Notes: generated by a model from the letters alone, not told the origin. A stretch of 64,000 nucleotides of DNA from a virus (IMGVR_UViG_3300005365_000003:1-64000); one strand, 5' to 3'; shown: positions 1 through 8,471, counted from the first letter of the stretch. A program made the numbers and translations.

Positions 1-160
1 GGGACAGCGTGAGGGCCAGCGTGATGGCCAGCGTGGGGGCCAGCGTGTGGGACAGCGTGTGGGCCAGCGTGGGGGCCAGCGTGTGGGACAGCGTGAGGGC
101 CAGCGTGATGGCCAGCGTGGGGGCCAGCGTGTGGGACAGCGTGTGGGCCAGCGTGGGGGA
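1..160 (+). repeat. GC-rich 12-bp tandem repeat (13 units) with an 84-bp higher-order period
   Basis: Units of form (g/t)gg(a/c)cagcgtg(a/g/t); 1-72 is identical to 85-156; encodes [DA]-S-V-[RMGW] tetrapeptides; runs off the window start. Confidence 0.95.
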
Positions 161-815
161 GTCTAAAATAGAATACAACTACTTTGCAGAGAATGGATCC
201 ATTAGAGATTATGGCTGGGTATCTTTCTATGATTTTTTTACAAAAATAGGAATCATTAACAATGATAAGTTCAATCAGTTTAAAGATACCTTATTGTCCG
301 GCATTTACGACATGGTTCAGCTTGAAGGATATTGTATTGTGTCAAATATGCCAGAGCGTATTGAAAGGTTAAACGGAAAACTTCATTGTGATCATGATTC
401 GGCAATAAAATTCAGGGACGGATATGAGCTATTTTATTGGAAAGGAGTAAATATTCCTGGATTTTGGATTAAATCTCCTGAACAAATAACATCTGAAGTT
501 ATTATAAACGAAAAGAACGCAGAAAAAAGACGCTGTCTTTTTGAAATACTTGGAGCTGAGAAGTTTGCTGAATTGCTTGGAGTATACGTTATTGACCAAG
601 ACGTAGATCAGTATAAAAACTCTATAAAACTTTATCGTACAAAGCAAAAGGACGAAATTGCTGATGAATTTATTCAATTTGCCCGTGTTGTGTGTCCATC
701 TACTATGAGAGAATACTTCCTGTGCGTTCCTGAAACATTAAATAATGTATGGGATGCGGTGGCGTGGACATTTGGCAAAACAAAAAATACTTACCAACCA
801 ATAATTGAAACATAA
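9..815 (+). CDS. DUF6745-like protein with N-terminal xSVx repeats (probably 5'-truncated)
   Basis: Repeat region, then LHCDHDSAIKFRDG..Y.WKGV, NAEKRR and VVCPSTMREYFLCVP..VWDAVAWTFG. Confidence 0.7.
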   Translation: MRASVMASVGASVWDSVWASVGASVWDSVRASVMASVGASVWDSVWASVGESKIEYNYFAENGSIRDYGWVSFYDFFTKIGIINNDKFNQFKDTLLSGIYDMVQLEGYCIVSNMPERIERLNGKLHCDHDSAIKFRDGYELFYWKGVNIPGFWIKSPEQITSEVIINEKNAEKRRCLFEILGAEKFAELLGVYVIDQDVDQYKNSIKLYRTKQKDEIADEFIQFARVVCPSTMREYFLCVPETLNNVWDAVAWTFGKTKNTYQPIIET

Positions 816-823
816 AACTAAAC

Positions 824-988
824 ATGGCGTATAAAAACGAATTAAGAAAGAAGATTAAGGCTTGTGGTAGAACTAGGAAATGGGTGGAGACACAACTTGG
901 ATATTCCAGGACAACATTTTGGAGAAGAGTTAATTCAGATTCTTTGACGAAAGAAGAAAAAGAAAAACTAAATTCACTGTTAAAATGA
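824..988 (+). CDS. Small putative HTH (Cro-like) protein, 54 aa, not in ORF track
   Basis: MAYKNELRKKIKACGRTRKWVETQLGYSRTTFWRRVNSDSL..; ATGA overlap with next gene. Confidence 0.55.
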   Translation: MAYKNELRKKIKACGRTRKWVETQLGYSRTTFWRRVNSDSLTKEEKEKLNSLLK

Positions 989-1209
989 AAATCACCCACT
1001 ACCTCATTCCCAACGGCATCTCCAAAACCGTACAGGCGAATCCACAAAAACCGCTTATTAACGACTGGTTTGCCTATATACGGAAAGAAGTATCAGAAGC
1101 CAGAATGCGGCGGCAGTGGTTACGGATCAATAAGGACAATCCGGCTTATATGTCCGCTGACTTAGAATCGTATCTACACTGGAGAAAGTGGGAGGTTAGG
1201 AATAAATAA
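985..1209 (+). CDS. Hypothetical protein
   Basis: ORF in tightly packed operon. Confidence 0.55.
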   Translation: MKITHYLIPNGISKTVQANPQKPLINDWFAYIRKEVSEARMRRQWLRINKDNPAYMSADLESYLHWRKWEVRNK

Positions 1210-1215
1210 AGCAAC

Positions 1216-1443
1216 ATGGCAAAACTAATTATTTTAACAGAAGAAATGGAGGATAGATTTATCGAATTATGGTATGATCGAAACTTTGAAACTCCTACTG
1301 ATGTATTGGAATGGCTACACAAAAGACAGGTGACACTCAAAAATAAAATAGAAGATGAAATTGCCAATGTTTTAGCTAAAGATATTTCAAGTGGACAGTC
1401 TTATTTAAGAAAAGAATTGATGAAAATATTTGATAGACTATGA
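1216..1443 (+). CDS. Hypothetical protein
   Basis: ORF in operon. Confidence 0.55.
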   Translation: MAKLIILTEEMEDRFIELWYDRNFETPTDVLEWLHKRQVTLKNKIEDEIANVLAKDISSGQSYLRKELMKIFDRL

Positions 1444-1640
1444 ATACTATTATCCACCCCACCGACATCCGCGTATTCTCCAAGCGTATGATACAGGACG
1501 AATATGCTGTTATAGCTGATAGAAAAGAAAAAGCATTATTAATATTCGACAACCTGTCCGGAGAGTTTATGGGATCAGAGGAGATGGGGGATGATACGGC
1601 GCTGAGTTTGAATTGAAATCAAAAACAAAATAACAATATA

Positions 1641-2342
1641 ATGGAAAAACACGAAAATTTAGCTAAGGCGATCATTGCAGTTATGCAGGATGTTAAGGGT
1701 ATTGAGAAGACTATGGAAGTGGGGAAAGGCGCTAATGCGTACAAAGGAGTGTCAGACAATGAGGTAAAGAGGGTTATTGGACAATCAATGGCTAAGAATG
1801 GCCTGTGTATGCTACCTGTTGGTGTTGAGGCTAAGACACAAATAGACAGATGGGAGGGAGAGGATTTTACCGGCAAAAAACGCATGAATCAATCAGTATT
1901 CACTGACGTAAAAACGAAGTATTTGTTACTTCACGAATCAGGTCAAAGCCAGGAAATATGCGGATATGGTCAAGGAGTGGATCCTCAGGACAAAGGAGCT
2001 GGTAAAGCTACTACTTATGCGCTTAAATATGCCCTACTTTACACATTCTTGGTATCTACAGGCAAGATTGATGATGCTGATGGTCATAACTCAGATTCAT
2101 CAACGCCACCACCTCCTGTCAGAAAGGTTAACAACACGAATGCCGCCACTACTACCGCTGTTGCCACGCAAAAAGAAAAAGAATTTATTGGTGATCCTAT
2201 TGGGCAAATAAAAGCAACAAAGAACACTAAAGATCTTACCGCTTTATTCAACTCAATGCCTCCAGCCCAACAACAGGCAGAGCACATAATTACAGCATTT
2301 AAAAAACAAAGAGAAACATTTACCGCTAAAACCACTAAATAA
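1641..2342 (+). CDS. ERF-family ssDNA annealing protein
   Basis: GYGQGVDPQDKGAGKATTYALKYALLYTFLV..DDAD motif; next to SSB. Confidence 0.85.
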   Translation: MEKHENLAKAIIAVMQDVKGIEKTMEVGKGANAYKGVSDNEVKRVIGQSMAKNGLCMLPVGVEAKTQIDRWEGEDFTGKKRMNQSVFTDVKTKYLLLHESGQSQEICGYGQGVDPQDKGAGKATTYALKYALLYTFLVSTGKIDDADGHNSDSSTPPPPVRKVNNTNAATTTAVATQKEKEFIGDPIGQIKATKNTKDLTALFNSMPPAQQQAEHIITAFKKQRETFTAKTTK

Positions 2343-2344
2343 CC

Positions 2345-2689
2345 ATGCTTACATACAGAGGATTTTTGAAGACAAAAGGAACTACAATTAAAGTATCTGA
2401 AAAGTTTCGCAAACGCGAACTGGTTGTTACGGATAACGCTCAGTCATACCCTCAGACAATACTATTTCAACTAACCCAAGATCGTTGTGAGTTGCTTGAC
2501 AGAGCTGAGGTTGGGCAAGAAATCGAAGTTCACTTTCTACTGAAAGGCCGCGAATGGAAGAGCCCACAGGGAGAAATAAAAACTTTCAATTCACTTGATG
2601 TATTCAGGATTGAAGTGCTGAGTGACGCTGAAACCAACTTCTCAAATGAGACTTTAGTTCCTACGCCAGATGACGACCTTCCTTTTTAA
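2345..2689 (+). CDS. DUF3127-family single-stranded DNA-binding protein
   Basis: SEKFRKRELVV..YPQTILFQLTQDRC..GREW..FNSLDVFRIE; acidic DDDLPF tail. Confidence 0.85.
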   Translation: MLTYRGFLKTKGTTIKVSEKFRKRELVVTDNAQSYPQTILFQLTQDRCELLDRAEVGQEIEVHFLLKGREWKSPQGEIKTFNSLDVFRIEVLSDAETNFSNETLVPTPDDDLPF

Positions 2690-2726
2690 CTTATTAATTA
2701 TCAATTAGTTATATAATATAAAAGCA

Positions 2727-2897
2727 ATGAAAAAAATAACGGTAATGTGGGTAAATACTCCTGATAATAAAATGTATGACAGAGAAATGAGGGTTGTTTA
2801 TTCAGATCATCAGAGATTTACCAAAGGAACAAGGTTTGATTTTGGTTTCTTAAATATTGCTAGCAACGAAGGGTATATTATATAAATACTGCCTTAA
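2727..2897 (+). CDS. Small hypothetical protein (56 aa), not in ORF track
   Basis: MKKITVMWVNTPDNKMYDREMRVV...IIILP*. Confidence 0.55.
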
Positions 2898-2901
2898 CGA
2901 A

Positions 2902-2933
2902 TATAGCCGGAGGCGTAAAAGCCTTCCGGTTAT
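2902..2933 (+). terminator. Intergenic stem-loop (terminator or processing site)
   Basis: tagccggaggc-gtaaaa-gccttccggtta; weak U-tract. Confidence 0.5.
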
Positions 2934-2945
2934 GTTTGAAGTAAT

Positions 2946-3128
2946 ATGACAATAAAATATCAAAATAAACCATTGGAATGTGGGGGAGGATGCGAGGAGC
3001 ATAAAGGAGAAGTTGTTCCTGTAACGGTATCCGGAAATGGGTGGAGTACAATTTTTGAGTTTAATTACTGCGAATCAGCTATTGAATACGACAAAAATAA
3101 TGGATGGATTGTTATAATAAAAAAATAA
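2946..3128 (+). CDS. Hypothetical protein (Cys-containing)
   Basis: ORF in operon. Confidence 0.5.
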   Translation: MTIKYQNKPLECGGGCEEHKGEVVPVTVSGNGWSTIFEFNYCESAIEYDKNNGWIVIIKK

Positions 3129-3131
3129 CCC

Positions 3132-3491
3132 ATGAAACTCACCGAAATCCCATCCACCAACTCAGTCACCAAAGAATACCTCCTCGAAGCCTTTGATGAC
3201 GGCATGCGCTTTAACTTCCAAGTATATAACGGCAAGATCGAACACGTAAATGACTTTGAGATATTCGGATGGGCGAAGGGTAAGACAATGGAAGAGGTGG
3301 TGGAGTGGACTGAGAAGAAAGAAAAAGAACACGTAGAGGAGAAGGCAAGGTGGGTTAAGTGGAAGAAAGAATTACCGTCAATCATGCAACAGCGTCAGTT
3401 ACTGTGGGACGAGGAAGACAGGAAAATAAGAGCATGGGAGGCAGAGCACTACACAGAGGGAGAGAAGGGGGAGGGGTGGTTTGCGCCTTAA
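3132..3491 (+). CDS. Hypothetical protein
   Basis: ORF in operon. Confidence 0.65.
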   Translation: MKLTEIPSTNSVTKEYLLEAFDDGMRFNFQVYNGKIEHVNDFEIFGWAKGKTMEEVVEWTEKKEKEHVEEKARWVKWKKELPSIMQQRQLLWDEEDRKIRAWEAEHYTEGEKGEGWFAP

Positions 3492-3501
3492 TTAAGCCAA
3501 T

Positions 3502-3744
3502 ATGAAACAACACAAATCAACACTTACTGATATTTCTATTGACTCTACCCACTACGGATCTGTAGATAAATACGATACTATTAAGTTATCGGATTCATCA
3601 TCTGCTATAATAATAAATAAAGTTAGAGAAGGTGAGTATGTTACCATTACAGTTATTCCGTTTGTGTTTAGCAAATACAGACTTGTTAACATGTTAAAGT
3701 TTGCTTGGATTAAGCTGAAAATATTATTTAAAATAATAAAATGA
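3502..3744 (+). CDS. Hypothetical protein
   Basis: ORF with ATGA overlap to next gene. Confidence 0.55.
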   Translation: MKQHKSTLTDISIDSTHYGSVDKYDTIKLSDSSSAIIINKVREGEYVTITVIPFVFSKYRLVNMLKFAWIKLKILFKIIK

Positions 3745-4064
3745 CAGTGTTCTATAATACGATTTCAGCTCCAGACAACGAGCTAAAGGTCTACACGGCG
3801 CAAAACGCCCGCCAGGACGACAAGATACTAGCATTCTTCCGCGCTAATCCAACTAATTCATTTACTCCGCCTGAAGTACATGATGCGCTGTTTGGCCCCA
3901 ATACGCCGGATGACAGCGTTAAGCGCTCTCTGCATACATTATCCAACTGCAAAGAACAATACCTCATAAAGCTCCCAAAGGAGTATATGAGGAAGGGGAG
4001 GTATGGCAAAAAAAATCATGTGTGGAAGTTGAGAGTTGAAAACAGTCAACTAACGCTTATATGA
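3741..4064 (+). CDS. Putative winged-helix DNA-binding protein
   Basis: KILAFFRANPTNSFTPPEVHDAL..SVKRSLHTLSN..GRYGKKNHVW. Confidence 0.5.
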   Translation: MTVFYNTISAPDNELKVYTAQNARQDDKILAFFRANPTNSFTPPEVHDALFGPNTPDDSVKRSLHTLSNCKEQYLIKLPKEYMRKGRYGKKNHVWKLRVENSQLTLI

Positions 4065-4942
4065 GACACGGGAGTCTTTTTAGTGGAATAGGAGGCTTTG
4101 ATCTTGCCGCTGAATGGATGGGATGGGAAAATATATTTCACTGTGAATGGAATGAATTTGGGCAAAGAGTATTAAAACATTATTGGCCTAACGCTAAAAG
4201 TTACGATGACATTACAAAAACAAACTTCACTATTCACAGAGGAAGCATTGACATCCTTACCGGAGGATTCCCTTGCCAACCATACTCAACAGCAGGGAAA
4301 CGGAAAGGAAAAGATGACGAACGCCATTTGTGGCCCCAAATGCTTAGAGCAATTCGGTAAATTCAACCGCGCTACGTTGTGGGCGAAAACGTTCGCGGCC
4401 TTACTAATTGGAACGGGGGATTGGTTTTCGACGAGGTGCAAGCTGACTTGGAAGCTGAAGGTTACGAAGTGCTCCCGTTTTTACTTCCAGCTTGTGCCGT
4501 TAACGCACCCCATAGAAGGGACAGGATTTGGTTTATTGCATACTCCGAGAGCTTTTCATGCAATGATGGAACACGAAATGGAAAATACTTCTCACAAGAG
4601 ATACAGAAAATCAGACCTAATGAACCTATCTCTACTGCCAACACCAACACATCGGGATTACCGTTCGGGATTCAGTCAGGACTCGGAGGCAATGAAAAAA
4701 AGACAAGAACATTCGCGGGGAGTGAATTTACACGAACATTTACAACTGGAAACTGTTTTCAAGAATTTCCAACTCAATCCCCGGTTTGTAATGGAGATGA
4801 TGGGCTTTCCTCCCGATTGGACGGAATTACCTTTCCTAAATGGAGAACAGAATCAATCAAAGGTGGAGGAAACGCCATAGTATCACAAGTGGCTTTTGAA
4901 ATATTTAAGTGTATAGAAAAAATAAACAATAATATCAAATGA
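4061..4942 (+). pseudogene. C5 DNA cytosine methyltransferase, alpha polypeptide, interrupted by in-frame TAA at 4358-4360
   Basis: Motif I SLFSGIGG, IV GGFPCQ, VI ENV, VIII HRRDRIW, X GNAIV; track ORFs 4061-4360 and 4379-4942 are in one frame (..RAIR*IQPRYVVGENV..). Confidence 0.85.
4206..4880 (+). CDS. Putative beta polypeptide of the C5 methyltransferase, in an overlapping +1 frame
   Basis: 224-codon ORF nested in alpha; carries motif IX-like LNPRFVMEMMGFPPDWT that alpha lacks. Confidence 0.7.
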   Translation: MTLQKQTSLFTEEALTSLPEDSLANHTQQQGNGKEKMTNAICGPKCLEQFGKFNRATLWAKTFAALLIGTGDWFSTRCKLTWKLKVTKCSRFYFQLVPLTHPIEGTGFGLLHTPRAFHAMMEHEMENTSHKRYRKSDLMNLSLLPTPTHRDYRSGFSQDSEAMKKRQEHSRGVNLHEHLQLETVFKNFQLNPRFVMEMMGFPPDWTELPFLNGEQNQSKVEETP

Positions 4943-5226
4943 CGCCAAAACTCTACCGCCAAGTAAGCGTATCGGACAGGTTGCCGGAGAAAGAAGGCTT
5001 TTATGATACAGAGCATGGCTTGATATGGTTTAATGACAAGTATTTTATGACTGATGCTAATCGTGAGCCTAAATATTGGTATAAACAAGTTGAATTGCCT
5101 AGTGAGGAGGAGATTGAAAAACACATTAAGGATTCTGGCATATCAGCAAAGAGTAAAATTCCGGCGTTTTTTTACAATCTAGGTGTTCGATGGGTGCTTG
5201 ATTATGTTATATTAAAAAACAAATAA
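4939..5226 (+). CDS. Hypothetical protein
   Basis: YRQVSVSDRLPEKEGFY start typical of phage accessory proteins. Confidence 0.6.
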   Translation: MTPKLYRQVSVSDRLPEKEGFYDTEHGLIWFNDKYFMTDANREPKYWYKQVELPSEEEIEKHIKDSGISAKSKIPAFFYNLGVRWVLDYVILKNK

Positions 5227-5228
5227 TC

Positions 5229-5423
5229 ATGCAACAAGAAACCCCTGTGTCCGCTTCCAAAATCTGCAACTGCTGTGGCGGCGATCCTCAGCCTCTGTCC
5301 AACTTTACTATAGACATGCGGCTTAAAGATTGCAGAACAGACACATGCAACTAATGCTGCCGAAAGCGTCTACGTAAAAAGAAGAGGGAGATAGAAGAGA
5401 GGAAGGAGTATCAGTTGTTTTAA
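5229..5423 (+). pseudogene. Small Cys-rich (zinc-binding) protein with in-frame TAA at 5352-5354
   Basis: MQQETPVSASKICNCCGGDPQPLSNFTIDMRLKDCRTDTCN*CCRKRLRKKKREIEERKEYQLF*. Confidence 0.6.
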
Positions 5424-5432
5424 ACTAAAAAT

Positions 5433-5942
5433 ATGACAATAAGCAGAACATGGGCAATGCCTAACAGTCTAACTTTCACAATTAAACCAATTAAAGAGTT
5501 AATTGAAAAGTATAAACAAGTTGCAGACGTTATAATTGATCCGTGGGCGAATAATTCAAAGATAGGAACCATTAGAAACGATCTCAATCCTGAAATGGAC
5601 ACCCAATTTCACTTAGATGCTCTTGAGTTCTTAAAATTACAGGAGCAAAATAGTGCTGATATTATCTTGTATGATCCACCTTACTCTATTTCTCAAGCAA
5701 CTGAAATGTATAAAAGTTTTGGAAAGGATAAATTAGAATTGCATGTATCTAATATGGGTTATTGGGGTGGATGCAAAAGCGAAGTAGCTAGAATACTTAA
5801 ACCAGGAGGAATTTGTATTATTTGTGGGTGGAGTAGTAATGGAATAGGATTGAGTCGCGGGTTTGAAATGATTGAAATATTGTTAGTTCCACATGGAGGA
5901 TCTAAAAATGATACTATTGTTACGGTAGAGAAAAAACTATGA
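5433..5942 (+). CDS. Small adenine-specific (amino) DNA methyltransferase
   Basis: IIDPWAN, HLDALEFL, catalytic DPPY, ARILKPGG. Confidence 0.8.
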   Translation: MTISRTWAMPNSLTFTIKPIKELIEKYKQVADVIIDPWANNSKIGTIRNDLNPEMDTQFHLDALEFLKLQEQNSADIILYDPPYSISQATEMYKSFGKDKLELHVSNMGYWGGCKSEVARILKPGGICIICGWSSNGIGLSRGFEMIEILLVPHGGSKNDTIVTVEKKL

Positions 5943-6148
5943 CAGACAAAGAACACATATTAAACTTAAACAATCTTGAGTGTTATATTGTTCCTAAAAG
6001 TGATTATGGGAAAGCTGAAATATATTTAATAAATGAAACATATTTTTTGTTTTCAATTCCTGAATTTGGAGGTAATCCAGTTTTTGAAAAAGCATTCAAT
6101 GAACATAATATTGATGAAATGATTGCGCTTTACGAATCTTGGACATAA
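5939..6148 (+). CDS. Hypothetical protein
   Basis: ORF overlapping neighbours. Confidence 0.55.
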   Translation: MTDKEHILNLNNLECYIVPKSDYGKAEIYLINETYFLFSIPEFGGNPVFEKAFNEHNIDEMIALYESWT

Positions 6149-6492
6149 TGACTAAAACAGAATCTAAGGATGATTTGATCTACATCGACCTGTGCAAATA
6201 TTTGCACGGAAAGATGCTGCTGAAAGAGGTGTGTGAGAAGCACGGCATAAAGCACAGCAGGGCGGTACACCTGGCAAACAGAATCGTTAATTACACTCCA
6301 CAGATAGGACAGCCGGATATTTATAAAACAAGCAAGCTGACGGTGGAGGAGTATGTGGCCCTAAAGTCAGAACCTGTGCTTGTTAATAAGGTTGTTAATA
6401 AGATTTCGTTCGTGGAGGAGGAGATCGCAGCGCCTATGGACGATACAACGAGGAAGAGGGTGATGGAGTTTATAAATTTAACACATATATAA
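6139..6492 (+). CDS. Hypothetical protein, possible HTH
   Basis: LLKEVCEKHGIKHSRAVHLAN. Confidence 0.55.
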   Translation: MDIMTKTESKDDLIYIDLCKYLHGKMLLKEVCEKHGIKHSRAVHLANRIVNYTPQIGQPDIYKTSKLTVEEYVALKSEPVLVNKVVNKISFVEEEIAAPMDDTTRKRVMEFINLTHI

Positions 6493-6899
6493 TGAGTGAA
6501 ATAAGAAAATTTTCAAAAGAATTAGCTGAAGAAATCGCTAGCCTGACCATGATAGACATAGATGGAATATCTATGTTGTTACAGGTAAGAATAAAATCTT
6601 CACTTCTTTTATTTATAAAAGATTATTCGATAGAAACAACCAAAAATTACTATGATTTAGTAAAACAACAAGGCAAGAACAAGGTTGGATCTAAGGAATA
6701 CCGTGAACTGGGATATGCCATCTCAGACGCTAAGTTTAAAATGAAACAGGCAAATGTTGCTCAGAACAATGTCAAGAGGGATGATAAATACTCAAAACTA
6801 CTTAACTATGTTCTGGAAAAATATGGACAGGATGTCGTTAATAATTTTCATGCTGAATGCGAAATACCGCTTCCAATATATTCAACTATTCGGAGATGA
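6492..6899 (+). CDS. Hypothetical protein
   Basis: ORF in operon. Confidence 0.6.
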   Translation: MSEIRKFSKELAEEIASLTMIDIDGISMLLQVRIKSSLLLFIKDYSIETTKNYYDLVKQQGKNKVGSKEYRELGYAISDAKFKMKQANVAQNNVKRDDKYSKLLNYVLEKYGQDVVNNFHAECEIPLPIYSTIRR

Positions 6900-6993
6900 A
6901 AATAGGCATATCCTACGCTGAAGGGCTAGTGGAGCATGACAGTATATGCCGGGCTGGGTGTAGTAGTAGTGAGGAGGTTTAAAAGCAATAAGC

Positions 6994-7170
6994 ATGAAAG
7001 TAAAAATAAAAGAAGATTGCTGGAAATGGAACTGTATGTGGTATTGTACAGAGATAGGAAATATATTCAAAGTTGATAAGACTAATAAGTATAATTGTTA
7101 TGAAGTTACACGGAAGGGTAAAGGAAAGGGATGGTGGATAGCAAAAAATCATGTAAGTATTGTGAAATGA
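6994..7170 (+). CDS. Small hypothetical protein (58 aa), not in ORF track
   Basis: MKVKIKEDCWKWNCMWYCTEIGNIFKVD..; ATGA overlap at 7167-7170. Confidence 0.55.
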   Translation: MKVKIKEDCWKWNCMWYCTEIGNIFKVDKTNKYNCYEVTRKGKGKGWWIAKNHVSIVK

Positions 7171-7580
7171 AAATAATCGAAAATATAACACTTTACAGGT
7201 GTGATTTCTGCCGGAAAGAATTAAAGCGTAAACATGCAATGGTGTCACATGAATTACGCTGCCATGCTAATCCTGTTAATTATAGGCCATGCTTAGTTTG
7301 CGAACATCTTGAACGTAGGGATATTGAGTTTGATACAGGAATATCAGAATACAGTAACTATGAACCTATTTACAGGAAAGCTAGTACATTCTATTGCAAG
7401 GCAAAAGACATTTTACTGCTACATCCAAAGACGGCTTATTTTACCGGTCCCGGGGATTTAAGTTGTGTATTGTTAGATGGCAAAGAAACAAACCAGGAAC
7501 AAATGCCTATTTCGTGTGAGGTATTTGATAGCATTGTTTTTCAAGCTACAAAAGATGCAGAAGAACTTATTAAAAAATAA
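7167..7580 (+). CDS. Zinc-finger protein (C2H2-like), start revised to 7167
   Basis: YRCDFCRKELKRKHAMVSHELRCHANP plus further CxxC. Confidence 0.65.
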   Translation: MKIIENITLYRCDFCRKELKRKHAMVSHELRCHANPVNYRPCLVCEHLERRDIEFDTGISEYSNYEPIYRKASTFYCKAKDILLLHPKTAYFTGPGDLSCVLLDGKETNQEQMPISCEVFDSIVFQATKDAEELIKK

Positions 7581-7582
7581 TA

Positions 7583-7613
7583 TTTGGATGGAAGGAAATA
7601 AGTTTTAATTTTG
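7583..7613 (+). promoter_or_regulatory. Bacteroidota-type housekeeping promoter
   Basis: TTTG (7583-7586), 19 bp spacer, TAATTTTG (7606-7613). Confidence 0.7.
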
Positions 7614-7619
7614 CTTTAA

Positions 7620-7740
7620 CTAAATATGTGTGCGCATATATTAGGGTCAAACAAAGAACGTTATTAGTCTGAGAAATCAGACGGTAAGTTTAGCCCGAAG
7701 ATTCAAGCGCACACTTGAAGCCTTCGGGTTTCTTATTTTA
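7620..7740 (+). ncRNA. Structured leader/small RNA ending in a terminator-like hairpin
   Basis: gtctga-GAAA-tcagac (7667-7682); agcccgaag..ttcaag-cgcaca-cttgaa..cttcgggtt + TCTTATTTT; 7628-7635 complementary to 7707-7714. Confidence 0.55.
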
Positions 7741-7743
7741 GGA

Positions 7744-8055
7744 CCGTATGGTTGGACGCGATTATCAAATTGATATGGCATCTACGATCATACGGAATGC
7801 GTTATAGGGGGATTCTGTATAAAGCGCAAGCGATAGTACTAAGGTAGAGGTCGCATGACAGACGGAGGGTGTATTTCCTTCGACAAGCAACTACCAGGCC
7901 ACCGGGCATACACGTTTCGCGGTGGATGCTTACAGCACTGGCAATGCCCGACGAACAGGCGTTAGATTAGAGGCTGGATGCAAGGTAATACCTAATGCTT
8001 TTCGAGGCTTTAGGAGTAATATTACTTTGCCCCAGCCCAAACAAAGGCCCTCTAA
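7744..8055 (+). ncRNA. Candidate multi-helix structured RNA (~310 nt)
   Basis: Helices 7744-7750/7789-7795, 7899-7904/7920-7925 and a long rod 7967-8055 capped by UUCG; no long ORF. Confidence 0.55.
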
Positions 8056-8081
8056 ACAATCGTTAACTAAATATATAAAAC

Positions 8082-8471
8082 ATGAGTAAAAGAAACAGAG
8101 GAAGATGGAGAGATAGGGTAAGAAAAAGAATAAATTATTTCAATAGAAAACTTGAAAAACCGTGTCGAGATGTTTTTCAATGTCAAGTAAATGAAATTTT
8201 CAATCAAACAGGAATATATTTTCTCCGACAAGGGAAAGAAATAGTTTACATAGGGCAAAGCGAATGCGTGATCTCAAGAATAGTAAATCACGTCCGCGAT
8301 ACTTCAAAAATATTCGACAGCTTTTCTTATTCACTATGTGATAAGACCGAGACTCAAAGAAGGCAAATAGAAGCATTCTTAATAAAACGCCACCAACCTA
8401 AATATAACGTTAAGTGTAAGGAGGAGCCAACTAGCGGAATTAGGGTTACATATCAGGCTATGTCCAAATAA
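8082..8471 (+). CDS. GIY-YIG nuclease with Arg-rich N-terminus
   Basis: GIYFLRQGKEIVYIGQS..SRIVNH..IEAFLIKRHQPKYN. Confidence 0.85.
   Translation: MSKRNRGRWRDRVRKRINYFNRKLEKPCRDVFQCQVNEIFNQTGIYFLRQGKEIVYIGQSECVISRIVNHVRDTSKIFDSFSYSLCDKTETQRRQIEAFLIKRHQPKYNVKCKEEPTSGIRVTYQAMSK

Noticed and set aside
1-160. CRISPR array or DGR variable region
   Set aside because: No unique spacers; repeats are in-frame coding; no reverse transcriptase or template repeat seen
4358-5354. Alternative genetic code (TAA reassignment)
   Set aside because: Many clearly complete genes (ERF, terL, portal, MCP) end in TAA, and long ORFs are intact under code 11
7748-7807. Short ORF MVGRDYQIDMASTIIRNAL* as a helicase remnant
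   Set aside because: Only 19 codons; the RDYQ similarity is too short and it overlaps a predicted helix
7806-8060. tmRNA, tRNA, RNase P or group I intron identity for the structured region
   Set aside because: gggggattctg resembles a tmRNA 5' end only loosely; no matching acceptor/T-arm with CCA, no recognisable group I core and no flanking exon continuity
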